From the NCBI RefSeq assembly GCF_009914755.1, contig NC_060927.1: a stretch of 64,000 nucleotides of DNA; one strand, given 5' to 3'. Made by a program: the position numbers and the translations under genes. Shown here one piece after another: positions 1 to 11,834 of the stretch. Every line of letters starts with the position of its first letter. Position 1 is the first letter of the stretch. Source of the DNA: the human T2T-CHM13v2.0 reference genome, Homo sapiens. The notes under the pieces are model-generated. The model saw nothing but the letters and a program-made list of their open reading frames with translations, searched no databases and had not been told where the DNA came from.

Positions 1-1454
1 ACCTGATGCTGCAGGTGAGAGAGCTGAGGGTGTGTGGATTGCCATTTAACGAGAATGCTGTAAGGAGAATCATATGGGGGAATTAGATCAGATTAGAGTA
101 GTATTCTAATTTTTAGCTCTCTTCATTCACCAGTCTAAGATAGCCTGCATCATGGCAATCCCTGGTGCTCCTTTGAATTCATGCTGCTCTTACAGCCACT
201 AAGAGGTGAGATTTCACAGGGTATGGGGGAGCCAAATGTCTTTCTAAACTAGAAATACCCTGCTGTTTCATGAATGAATAAAAAGGTTTGTTCTGCTAAG
301 TAAAATGTAAAAGTGGAATCCTTTCTCGAGATTAATTTCTATTCTCCGTAGTACTTCAAACAGGGATGGGTACAAAAAACATTCCCAGAAATGCCCATAG
401 TATGCAACTGGGTTGACATAGTTATCAGACTTAAGCCATCCGTTAGCTCCAAATTGGCTTGATTCCTCATCTGCAAAAAGCCAGTTCTGCCCCAAGTCCT
501 CTGTGATGGGCTTGTAGCATCTTCCTGACTATAGAAGTCACTATCCTCAAAACCAAATGGAGACTCCGCAGATGCACAGAAGGAGCCTGGAGTCAGAGAC
601 AGGGCAGATGTGGAACCAACCCAAGAAATGGGTCAGTGGACCTGCTGAATAGATTGTTCCTGACCTTTTGGGGGCTGTGAGGGCTGAGTGGATGGATGAA
701 AGGCTTTCTGCTGGAAGCTGAGTTGTCAAGACTGCACTCCACCCACAGACACAAGATGTAGAAGGGTTGTTGTCACTAACCTTGCCCTTGCTATGTAAAT
801 TACACATGCATGGAGAGAGTTGGGCTGGAAGGGAGCCCCTTACCTCTATTCAGATTCTCAGAGAGAAGTGGTTTAGAAAACATGCAGTTTGTTGGAGGAT
901 TTAAGGAAATGAATGAATGAAGGGCCAGGTTGGGAGAAGCCCAGTCCTCATTGTGTACTCTATCCCTCCTCTAAGTCCACTGACTATATACAACCAGGAA
1001 GAGTGGCCTCTGGCCCTTGGTGAGCCCCAGTTTCTGGAGGAAGAGACCCAGATTATGAGGAAGTCTGAGCAAGGAGCAAATACATCAGTGAAGGTTTTGG
1101 GGCCACAAGCTGCCTCAGCTCCAGCTCGGCAATGCTCAGAATGGAGGAAAGATCCTCATCAATCAAGAACATGGTCCAGGAGGGTGTTGTCCTCAGACTA
1201 AACGGATGCCCTGGGAGAGTTGGACCCCTCCCAACCTCATCATGCCAAGAGGGAAAGGATATGCACCTGGGCTCCTCCCAGTTCTGCTTGTCTCCACTGC
1301 AGCTCAAGGCCTGGACGGCTGCAGCAGCTTCCCCAGGATCTCCCTGTTTCCTCACCTGGCTCGGGGCCCAACCACTCTCCACATGGCAGCCAGGAAGAAC
1401 ATGGGTGTTTATCAGACTGTGTCACTTACAATCAAGTCCAGACTCCACACCACA

Positions 1455-1990
1455 GCCTGTGAGGCCTTGTGTCATCAGCCCCTGCCCTTCTCTCTGGCTT
1501 CCCTCACCACACTCCAGCCACATAGCACAGTTCCTGCTTCCTGCCTATGAGTGCTTGTCCATGCAGTTCTCTCTACCCAGAGCATGCACTCCCCATTCTT
1601 CATGTAGCTGCTCTTTCTCATCCTTCAGGACTCAGGTTTTTTTTGTTTTGTTTTGTTTTGTTTTTTATTGAGATGGAGTCTCACTCTGTTCTGGAGTGCA
1701 GTGGCATGATCTCAGCTCACTGCAACCTCCACCTCCCAGTTCAAGTAATTCTCCTGCCTCAGCCTCTAGATAGCTGGGACTACAGGCATCCACCATCACA
1801 CCCGGCTAATTTTTGTATTTTTAGTAGAGACAGGGTTTCACCATATTGGCCAAGCTGGTCTCTAACTCCTGACCTCGTGATCTGCCCACCTTGGCCTCCA
1901 AAGTGCTGGGATTATACGCGTGAGCCACCGCGCCTGCCTCAGGGCTCAGTTTGAAGCCTCCTCCTAAGAGTCCTCCTTTGACCTCTGAAG
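1455..1990 (+). mobile_element. L2 LINE relic (3' region), interrupted by an Alu
   Basis: Pyrimidine-rich L2-like text (cactccagccaca..., tcatccttcaggactcag | gctcagtttgaagcctcctcc) continues on both sides of the Alu. Boundaries approximate. Confidence 0.55.
1637..1938 (-). mobile_element. Alu (AluS-type, Sg/Sc-like), full-length dimer
   Basis: (TTTTG)n tail, both Alu arms, gacctcgtgatc diagnostic. TSD-like tcaggactcagg (1625) / tcagggctcagt (1939). Confidence 0.97.
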
Positions 1991-2234
1991 CTAAAGAGAC
2001 CCTGGGCCTGTTTGTCTTCAGATCCATTCCTTGCCTACCCTGATATTTTGTATCTTGGGGTAGTGGGGGATGGGGAAGGCTGATTACTGCAGGTTATATT
2101 TTCCACGGGCCCTTGTCCACTGGCCTCTGGCAGGTTCAGCCAGTGGGAGGATGGACAGGATATTGGAGGGAAGGGGAAGGAAAAAGCTGGGGGATTTCCC
2201 TCCCCTTTCTCATTGCCTCGTATATCTCCAGCAG

Positions 2235-2600
2235 CTTTTGAGGCAATTGGAAGCCTTCGAAGGGTGTTAAGCAAAGGAGGCATTGTCCAGTTTATTTATT
2301 TTTTTTAATCACTATGATTGCTCTGTGGAAAATGTGTTGGGCTTGAGGAAAAGATTTAGGAGGCGTTCCCAGTGAGAAATTGTAATAGCTTGGACTAGGG
2401 TGATTGCAACTCAGAGGGAGAGAAGTAGACAGATTAAAGCTGTCTTTGAAGGAAGAATTAACAGAACTTGGTGATTGTTTGGATGAGATGCTTGAGGGAG
2501 AGGTAAGGTTGGGAATGACTTCCAGGTTTCTGGCGTGAACAACCAGGTAGATAGAGATGTCATTTATTACCATGGCAAAAACTAGGATGAAACAGATATT
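2235..2600 (-). mobile_element. L2 LINE relic
   Basis: Reverse-complement L2 motifs such as gaatgacttccaggtttctggc and acagaacttggtgattgtttggatg. Confidence 0.7.
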
Positions 2601-2664
2601 GTTCTATTTGTGGAGGAAATGTTCATATGTCTTTCTGTGGTCTTTCTCCTCTATCCTCTAATAC

Positions 2665-2730
2665 CATTTATCTATCTGTCTAATCTATGATCTAACATCT
2701 ATTTATTATCTATTATCTATCTAGCTATCA
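2665..2730. repeat. Degenerate (TATC)n microsatellite
   Basis: tatctatctgtctaatctatgatctaacatctatttattatctattatctatctagctatc. Confidence 0.75.
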
Positions 2731-2749
2731 TGCCTTGAAGTTTGGATTA

Positions 2750-3335
2750 TACTGTATGTTCTATGTTGTGATTTGATTTTCCAGTTGTTTGTTCCTATTA
2801 CGTAGATATCATTTGCATATTGTGTATTGACTTCATATTCTGTAGTGTGTCAAGTTCATAAATCAGATTCTGTAGAATGTTTTGGTATATAAATTCCTAA
2901 ATAATTATTATTAATTATTATTGTTATTTGTTGGCTATCTGCCTCCTTAGCTTACATAATTGTTTATGTAAACAATTACATTGTCTATAGTGAGTTTTAC
3001 TTCTTTGTTCATAATCTTTGTGGCTTTGCTTCTATATCTTGCCTTATGATAATGGCTAGAACTTCATATACAATGTTGTATTCAAGGGGTGAGAGAATAT
3101 TCTTGCCTCAATACCAATCTTAGGGGGAAAGTCTTAAAAGCTTCATCATCAAGTACAATGTTAGCTATAGGATTTTTTGTTTGTTTGTTTTGGTAGATAC
3201 TTTTCATCAGATTGAGGTTATTTCCTCCTATTCCTGGTTTCTAAGAGTGTTTTTTTTTTTTTTTTTACCATGAATAGTTATTGAATTTTGTCAAGCTTTT
3301 TCAATATCTCTTGAAATAGCCACATTTTCCCTTCA
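2750..3335 (-). mobile_element. Old L1M ORF2 relic
   Basis: T-rich antisense L1 text (cttagggggaaag, atgttagctatagga, tcctattcctggtttctaagagtg). Confidence 0.7.
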
Positions 3336-3776
3336 TTTTTATTATTTTTTAAATTATACTTTAAGTTCTAGGGTACATGTGCACAACGTGCAGGTTTATT
3401 ACATATGTATACATGTGCCATGTTGGTGTGCTGCACCCATTAACTCGTCATTTACATTAGGTGTATCTTCTAATGCTATCCCTCGCCCCTACCCCTACCC
3501 CACGACAGGCCCTGGTGTGTGATGTTCCCCATCCTGTGTCCAAGTGTTCTCATCGTTCAATTCCCACCTATGAGTGAGAACATGTGGTGTTTGGTTCTCT
3601 GTCCTTGCAATACTTTGCTCAGAATGATGGTTTCCAGCTTCATCCATGTCCCTACAAAGGACATGAACTCATCGTTTTTCATGGCTGCATAGTATTCCAT
3701 GGTGTATATGTGCCACATTTTCTTAATCCAGTCTATCATTGATGGACATTTGGGTTGGTTCCAAGTTTTTGCTATT
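3336..3776 (-). mobile_element. 5'-truncated L1PA (PA4/5-like) 3' end
   Basis: Near-consensus L1 3'UTR (ttatactttaagttctagggtacatgtgcacaacgtgcagg...). ORF 3557..3739 is the ORF2p C-terminus (...WHIYTMEYYAA...SLIGGN). Confidence 0.97.
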
Positions 3777-3779
3777 TTT

Positions 3780-4600
3780 ATTCTTTTTTAAAAATTCCAC
3801 TTTATTAAGGCATAACCAACGTACAAAAAGCTGTCCATATTTAATGTGTACAACTTGCAAGTTTGGAGATAAGTGCATGCCTGTGAAATCATCACCATAA
3901 TCTATGCTGTTAACATATCTAGCCCCTTCAAAAGTTTCCTCTTGCCCTCTTCATTAATTATTATGATGATTTTGTGTTGAGAACACTTAACATAGATGTA
4001 CGCTCTTAGCAAATTTTTAAGTATGTAATACAGCATTATTTAAAACAGGCACTATGCCATATATGCAGTAGTTCTCTAGGACTTATTCATCATGTATGAC
4101 TGAAGCTTTGTACCTTTTAACTAATACCTTTCCATTTCCTCCTCTCTCTAGCCCCTGGCAACCACCATTCTACAATCTGCTTCTATAAATTTGGAGCCAC
4201 CCCTCCAAGATATTCAGCAGCCTCTAAGTCAGCTATCTGCCTCCTTAGCTGAGTGAGATAATGATCTGCCTAGGATCCACCTCTCTGCACCATAGTAGGG
4301 AAAGCCAGACAGAAAACCAGGTGAACTTGGGACCATTGGGTAAGTGGTGTCATGTATTATCTGTCTGTGTGTGTCTGGCTTATTTCACTTAGTATAATGT
4401 CCTCTTGTTTCATCCATGTTATCGCAAATGGTAGGATTCCTTTCTTCTTAAAGGCTAAATAATATTCCATTAGATGTATACACCTATTTTCTTCATTCAT
4501 TTATCCATCAATGGATATTTGGATTGCTCCCATATCTATTTTGAGTAACGCTGGGATGAACACGGAAGTGCAGATATTTCTACAAGGTGCTGGTTTCAAT
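3780..4600 (-). mobile_element. L1MA/L1MB-type 3' end, interrupted at 4194-4335 by a local duplication
   Basis: ctagcccctggcaaccaccattctac...ttctataaatttg then resumes as tgtctggcttatttcacttagtataatgtcc, typical old L1 3'UTR antisense. Confidence 0.85.
4194..4335 (+). repeat. Copy of 4932-5078 (direct, non-tandem local duplication)
   Basis: gagccacccctccaagatattcagcagcctctaagtcagctatctgcctcc...gggacca aligns end to end with 4932-5078, with scattered mismatches and one 5-bp gap. Confidence 0.95.
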
Positions 4601-5199
4601 TCTGCATTCTTGGGATAAATCTTACTTGGTCAATTGTTTTACTGTTTTTATATAGTGCTGGATTCAGTTTGCTAATATTTCATTAAGGATTTTTTGTTTA
4701 TGTTATTATCTTTTTTTCTTATAATGTATGTGGATTTTATACCTAAGATGTGGGCTTTTTTGTGGGGTTGTCATTTGAATATTCCAGGGATTCAGCAAGG
4801 ACTCTTCACCCTGACTAGATACAAACTCTAAGGTCTCTGAACACTGTAAGACCTCTGAGAGCCCTGTCCAGCTTTCACCCTGCAGCACCTACTCCCTGCT
4901 GGCCACTACAGGTCCTTTCTCTATGCACACAGAGCCATCCCTCCCAGATATTCAGCAGCTTCTAAGTCAGCTATCTGCCTCCCTAGCTGAGTGAAATAAT
5001 GGTCCACCTGGGATCCACCTTTCTGTATCAAGGTAGGGAAAGTGTCCCCAGACAGAAAGTAAGGTGAACCTGAGACCAACTCCTGTTGAGTTTCCTTGTC
5101 TCAAGAATTATAGTTCTGCTCTGCTTATTTTCCAATAGCTCTAAACAATTACATGTATTTATTCACTTTTATAGATGATGATATCAATGATTTTTTTCT

Positions 5200-5455
5200 T
5201 TTAATTGTTTATTATAAAGGATATTGCAAAGAATACAGATAAAGAGATGTATAGGGTGAGGCATGGGGGAAGGGATATAGAGCTTTCATGCCCTCCCTGG
5301 GAATGCCACCCTCCAGGAGCCTCCACAACCACAGCCGTCCAGAAGTTCTCCAAACCCAGTTCTCTTGAGTTTTTGTGAGAGCTTCATGATATCAGCATTC
5401 CCTCCCCCAGAGTGTAGGGCAGGACCTTCTTTGGGGAGGGTCTTAAGGCCCGCAA
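5200..5455 (-). mobile_element. MER21-type LTR fragment
   Basis: tttattataaaggatattgcaaagaatacagataaagagatgtatagggtgaggcatgggggaagg...gccaccctccaggagcctccac matches MER21 as recalled. Confidence 0.8.
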
Positions 5456-5469
5456 GATGATAAAGATTT

Positions 5470-6400
5470 TAATGATGATAATGTGGCTCTATTTTTTGCT
5501 GAGCACTCAATTGGTCATTTTTTTTCAGGAAAGATGCCTTTTAATTCAGGCAACTTTCCTTAATTTCTTCACTAACGAATGCCTTCCTTCCATTTTCTCT
5601 GTTCTCTCTCTTGGGAATTTCTATTATTTAGATTTTGGATCTCTGAGACATTGTTAAAATATTCTTTGATTTCTCTTCAACGTTATATTGCTTTCTTTTT
5701 GTACTACTTTCTGGGTGATATCTTCACCTTTATCTTCCAGTTCTTCTATCAAGTTTTTCACTTTTGTCATCATATTTTTCATTTTCAAGATTATATTTTT
5801 TGCTATCTGAATGCTAATTTTTATAGTCTCCTATTCTTTTGTTTCATAAAGATAATGTATTTTACTAGCTATCAGATAATACTGATGACAGCTTTTAAGT
5901 TTTCTTATTCTTGCATTTTCTTTATTCCCTCCAATTTACTTTATTTCCCCACTTGTTTTAGTCTCTATGTTTTCAGTTACAGAACATCTTTGACTTTCTG
6001 GTAATTCTTAGTTGTCTGCTTATGTTTTAAATTAGGAAACTAAAAGTCTGATTGGCAGTGCTGTGCAAGTGGCTAGGCTTCCCCATCGTGGATGTCACGT
6101 ATGGAGTGCTGTGATCTGTTACTTTGGGCATCCTCAATTTCATTATCCTTCAATTTGTCCTCCTAGTCTGGTCAGATTGCCCAGACAAGATTCTTCTGAT
6201 CTCCTTCCTGGAAGGTAACATCTAGCTGCTGAGGTTCTGAGACCTGAAAGTGAGAAGAGGCTGGTGGCTTCAACATTCAGTCTATAAACTTGCTTGTAAT
6301 CCCTCTCCTTCCCTCGTGGTAACCTTACACTTACATGGGCCTGATGCCCCCAAGGCAGAGACCCTCTCTTCAGCCTCTGTTCACTTAGAAAAGTAACTAT
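5470..6400 (-). mobile_element. HAL1/L1ME-type ancient LINE relic
   Basis: Long T-rich antisense ORF1-like text (ccttccattttctctgttctctctc...ctattatttagattttggatctc). Confidence 0.6.
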
Positions 6401-8077
6401 ACTAGCCATCAGCTATTTCCAGAAGCCTTAAGGAGAGAACAATTTTTGAAGACCATCTTTTCTAATAAAATGAATACCCTTCCTACAATCAGCAACCCTT
6501 AGAAGGCGAGGAAGGGCCTAGGACAAATGGACCGTCATATTGCGTCAGCACCTCTTGATTTGAAAGGTAGGTCTCTTTCTGGTGCCGGAGCCTGGAGACT
6601 ACAACCTACTACAACCCTATTAGATACTCCAGCCTCCCTGGGACCATATTCTCAGAGACACAGACAAGACTGAAAATCACACCCTGTCTGAAGCAGCCTC
6701 CTCTAGAAATTCATGGACCTGAGCTGGTCATCTCCTCAGTCTTTTCCCTTCCCACTCACTCTCAGAGGACACCAGCAGATATAGAAAGGCCTGCAGGGAG
6801 GACATTATCAGGTAGAAATTTCTTCTTCAGGTTGAGAGATTTCATTTTGATCCTGTCTTCAGAGCTACGTTATGATACAGCAAAGTCATGATCACTTCAC
6901 AGCCACGGAAGGAATTATTTCCACCGGCATCTTTCATTTCTGATCCCCTCATCCTCATGATCCCCTCATCCTCATGTGTCTGCCTGCTGACAAACCAGAG
7001 CTGTCAGAGCCACCTGTCACTGCAGGGGGAAAAATACCTTTTTGACAACTGTGTCTTCCTCTAGCATACTCTTTGTACCCGATGTCTGCATTCCAACCTG
7101 TGTTTGTGACACTTCTGTTATTTCAAAAGCCCTCATGAAATTCTCTGAAAAGGAATCTCAAACCCAATTAATTTAAATTCATTTTCATTTTGAATGTGCT
7201 ACATGACATATTTAGGAGGGAGTGTGTGTGTCATAAAGCCAAAGCAATAGGAGGGCCTTGTAAAGAAACAGCCTCCCTCATTAAAAGCAAACACAGGAGC
7301 ATCCAAGGATTGTAGCAGGCAAGGGCACCAGAAGGTGACTCTTATTATGGCTGTGGTAGGAGTGGGTAGAGAATGCTTGGTTCTAATTCTGGTGTTAGCC
7401 ACACACTGGTGGGAGAGATTTTCCTGGGTGGAAAAAAAAATAGTCTTTCCCTTTTTTCCTTTAAATAGCACCCACTCCCCCCAATGATAATAACAACTTG
7501 CCCTTCCCTTCACCAGCCTCACCTTACCCTTGGACAACATGACTAAGCCACATCTGGGCTCCAGGAGTTCTTAGTGCCTTACTAAATCCAAGCTTGCATG
7601 TCCCTGGCTCCTGAGTCAGGTTATGTTGGCTTGTTTTGATTTTTGTTTAACTAAATACCAACAGAAATTTTTTTAAAAATATTGTTTACAAAGGAAACTT
7701 TAGCCAGTAGGAAGTTTCTTGTTCTGCAAATTCAATGGCAATCTTTTGGCTTTAGATTTGGGATGGTGACCTATGCATATGCATTGCCCCCTCTCCCCTC
7801 AGGACCCCACAAAAGTGTCAGTAACATTTGGCAAAAAAGAATAAATTCATGCCAGCACTTAAACATAAGGAAGCGTGTCATCGATGGAACAGAAGTGATA
7901 AAAAATTTATGTACAATGGAATACAGATGTGACTGGATTGTCGCAACTCAAAACCCACAAGGGAGAAGGCTCTAGCAGCAGTAAGTGCAGTTCCTCCCAG
8001 GGGAGCACCAGAGGGTCTCTCAGCTTGAGTTTGGCTGTGGAGTGATAATCAGGATCATTAGTTGGAGGACTGTCTAC

Positions 8078-8810
8078 AGCAGTGGTTTTTACATTGTTTT
8101 GAATCAGGTACTCATTATGTTTTTTAAAAAATGTACTCATTATGTTTTTTAAAACATGAAGCACACAACTACAATTTACGTAAATGTATTTATAAATATA
8201 TACATATTTTTATATATAGCAATATACATATTGCTATTCTCATTAGCAAATATCTCAACATAATTTATATTTGGGTGAGATTAATCATTAATGATCATGA
8301 GTGAAAATTTATCTTCAAAATAAATAGTCTTCATGATAGTTTTGAACTTTATGGGGCCAAATTCTCATCGGATTTTATGAAATCATCAATATTTGCATCA
8401 CATAATGGGGTGAATAAAGGTTAGAAGTATCAGCTTTGCTATTCTCTAGTTGTTTACCAGTGTCGGCATTTTGAGTTATCCTTGATCCACATTTTCTATG
8501 CCAGAAATTTTAATTACTTAACCATTTTGCAAGGATTAGATTATTTTAATGGAACATATTATCCATAAATCCCTTTAACCAAGAAGATATAACTGCAATT
8601 CATCACAAGACAATCAAAGAAGCAAACAAGTGGATTATGGAACTCTTACCTCTTACCTCAGGAATGACAATCCATATTAAAATTAGTATGACAATCCATA
8701 TATTAAAATTAGTAAGCTTTGATATCTTTCATATTTTAGCTAACATTCAGGTAGGTAAAAGTTCCAAGATTTTCTTTGCACACCAAGTGGATCAGCTTGC
8801 ACAACCCTCA
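8078..8810 (-). mobile_element. hAT-Charlie DNA transposon relic (Charlie7-like)
   Basis: Begins cagtggttttt (hAT TIR-like). Minus strand reads aaaactatcatgaagactattta...atcattaatgattaatctcacccaaat...gagatatttgctaatga, resembling a decayed Charlie BED-finger region (NYHEDYL). Confidence 0.6.
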
Positions 8811-9199
8811 GGGATAATACCCACCAGCGTTCACTGGGGTGTTATCCCCTGGGCTGGGTGACGCCATACTTTCCTGAGGTCCAAGGAAGCTGGCTGAAGC
8901 ATCCAAACCTAGCTGAAACCCTGAAGCTCACAGTGTGGATGTTGAGAAAAGTGGAGAGAAGAGACTGGGAATTCAACCAACCTCCTCAGCAGATGAACTG
9001 CAATGAGACCTGGCAACAGTGCCACTCCAACACGGGTCAAGTCTATTGTATTCAGCCAGGGGTGGAAATCATGAGATGAGCCTGCTTGTCTGTCAAGCTC
9101 AGCATCAGGCATCCTGCCATGCCTTACCCACAATAGGAAAGGGTTCCTCATGCACTACCCATACCAAACAGCTGTGCCCTTCACTCATAAATGTGGAAA

Positions 9200-9638
9200 G
9201 TCAGCCAGAGTCTCCAGACCTTTAAGAAAAATCAACAGCATGAAAGTAGAAGGACAAAATGAACCAAAACAACATTAAATTAAAGAAATATAAACAACAA
9301 GAAGAAAGCAATTTTAAAATTGTACTTCTTATTTGAATTCTTGGCTTCATTAGAGAAGAAGGAGCAATCATGGGGTGGTGGGGGGAACATGATTAAAAAT
9401 TTGAAATCTGAAAATTGAAGTGATAAATAGCTGGGCAAAAAAATGGAATAAACATATATAAAAACTAAAGTAGTGACAGAGAAGATAAGAAAATCTTCTG
9501 TAGCAAAAAGACAGAGATGGAAAACATAAGAGTAAACGTTTTCAAAAGTGAAGTAAGAAAACAAAATCCAAAACCCATTTAATAAGCATTCCAGTAGGAG
9601 AGAGTAAAGTCAATGAAGATAAATCATCAAAAAAAAAA
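9200..9638 (+). mobile_element. Ancient L1ME/HAL1 ORF1-like relic
   Basis: A-rich sense LINE text ending taataagcattccagtaggagagagt...aaatcatcaaaaaa. Confidence 0.5.
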
Positions 9639-9639
9639 T

Positions 9640-11830
9640 GTCACTCTAGTTGGACAAGATGACATAGGCCTTGTTTTATCTCCTTATTCCTGCTAAGCAC
9701 AGCTATAAACCCTGGAAACAGAGCAAGAGACAACTGAAGAAGAACTCTGAAAAGTGGTAAGAGAAAGAAGAACTGGTTTGGGACTTTAAGACTAGACCAA
9801 TAACAAAGAGGTAGTGTCTTGCATTCCCACACCCAAGAGAAGAAAGCTACCCCAACCTCGTATTTTCCAGCCGCCAATCTGGCAACAGAAGGCTCATTCT
9901 TCCTCTGGATCCAACGAGAGTCCTAACAACATGAGGCATACCCAACACCACTGGCAAGGGGAATTCATTAGAAGCCCTGCCAGAAATAAGCAGCCAGGGG
10001 AGGCACTCTTCCCCCCCGGCTCCGACTCCCATTCTTGAGGGTCACCTTTTCCACCAAGAAGTATAGGGGCTGGCAGGTGAAGCTAGCAGGAGAGATGCAG
10101 TTACAGCAGGTGGCCTGATTTGGGAAACCCCTTTGTCCCTATGTGTTAAGACTCTCCTCTCCTGCCCAGAGACCCTAGGCCAAGAGGCAAGGGACCCAGC
10201 TCCAGCAAGCAGCCTGGTTCCAGAAGCTTCTTTTTCCCCCCGGCCCTAGAATCCCATCTCCCACCCAAGACAACCTGGGGGTATGTGTGATGATGTAAAG
10301 TGGGGCAAGGGATGTCAGGGGATTCTACCACACTCCTCTCTTATTGAGGGATACCTGGTGGCCCCACCTCAGGAAGCTCTTTCTGCCCCACTAAGGCCTT
10401 ATCAGCAACCGTCAATGGGAACCCCAGTGGTAGTAGACAAACTAAGAAAACCAAAATAATACCATAAAGACATTGAAAATTAATCTGCTTTTGAAACCAC
10501 AGCCTACAAAGTAGTCCAAGACCTGCTTTCTAAACCTAAACATGTGACTGCCATTCCAGATGTAGAGGAGAAAGAGTAGGGCAGAAAGAGTATTTGAAAA
10601 AATAATGGCTGAAAACTTCCCAAATCTGGTAAAAGACACAAATGTATAGAACTAAGGATCTAAGTGAACACCCCTGAAAATAAACCCAAATAAATCCATG
10701 CCAAGGCACATCACAATTAAACTTCTGAAAACTAAAGATAAAGAAAACATCTTGAAAATAGCCAATGAGTTACCTGTATGGGAATACCCATTGGAATGAT
10801 GGTTTCTCATTTGAAACCATGGAGGCCAGAAAGAAGTGGCACAATATTTTTTTGATACTGACAGAAAATAATTGTAAAAACACAAATTCTGTATCCTGTG
10901 CAACTATTCTTCAGGAATGAAGGGAAAATGAAAACATTCTCAGACACAGAAAAACTGAAAGAATTCATTATTTGCATATAAATCCTTAAAGATTGGCTAA
11001 AGAAAATACTTCGAACGGCAAGAAAATGGAAAAATAATGTAGTTTCAGGAAGACGGAACAATGAAAAAAGTAGATATATGGATGGGTACACACAGCTAAC
11101 TACCCTTTTCCTCATGTGTTTTATACACCATATTTGATGACTAAAACAAAAATTATAACACCATCTGACATCTGAGACAATATTTAAAAGTGGAGAAGGT
11201 AAAGAGATCTAAATAGAAGTGAAAGTTTCCACACTTCAGTGGAGATGGCAAAATGTTGATACCAGTTGTAGTAGGCTGAACAGTGGCCAAAAGATGCCCA
11301 TGTCCTAGTCCCCAGAACCTGTGAGTAGGTTATCTTACATGATAAAAGAGGCTGTGTAGATGTGATTAAGTTAAGGGTCTTGAAATGGGGAGATTATCCT
11401 GGATTATGCAAGGGCTCAATGTAAATACCAGGGTCCTTATAAGAGGGAGAGAAGGATCAGAATCAGAAAAAGGAGATAAAAGAATGGAAGAAGAGATCAG
11501 AAAGGAGAGAAGATTCCACTCTTCTGGCTTTGAAGATGAAGGGAGGGACCACAGGCAGAGGAATGTGCAAAGCCTTGACAAGCCAGAAAAGGAAATGAAT
11601 TCTTTCCTGAAGCCTCCAGAAGGAATGCAGCTCTGCCAATACCTTGATTTTAGACCTCTGACCTCCAGAGCTATCATAGAATAAATTTATGTTGTTTTAA
11701 GCCACTAAATTTGTGATAATTTGTTATAGCAGCAACAGGAAACTGATACACAGTAGACTCTTATAAATCACATATGTATACTATAATGCCAGAGTAACTA
11801 CTATGAACACTATATCAAGCGATATTACAC
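9640..11830 (+). mobile_element. L1MD-type 5' region/ORF1 relic (split by an MLT1)
   Basis: L1 5'UTR-like start (cactctagttggacaagatg...ctaagcacagctataaaccctgga) and ORF1 motifs (gtatttgaaaaaataatggctgaaaacttcccaaatctgg). Confidence 0.75.
11267..11750 (+). mobile_element. MLT1D-like MaLR solo LTR
   Basis: tgtagtaggctgaacagtggcc...gagattatcctggattat...aataaatttatgttgttttaagccactaaatttgtg...aactgataca. Flanked by cagt on both sides. Confidence 0.9.
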
Positions 11831-11834
11831 TAGG

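Noticed and set aside
1132-1671. 179-aa ORF, the longest in the window
   Set aside because: Runs through an L2 relic into an Alu tail, has non-coding-like composition and no recognisable domain.
1547-1954. Alu-spanning ORFs (also 19410-19712, 53296-53680, 59841-60218)
   Set aside because: Standard translations of antisense Alu sequence.
5579-6004. Hydrophobic 141-aa ORF resembling a membrane protein
   Set aside because: Phe/Ile/Tyr richness is a by-product of T-rich antisense LINE sequence.
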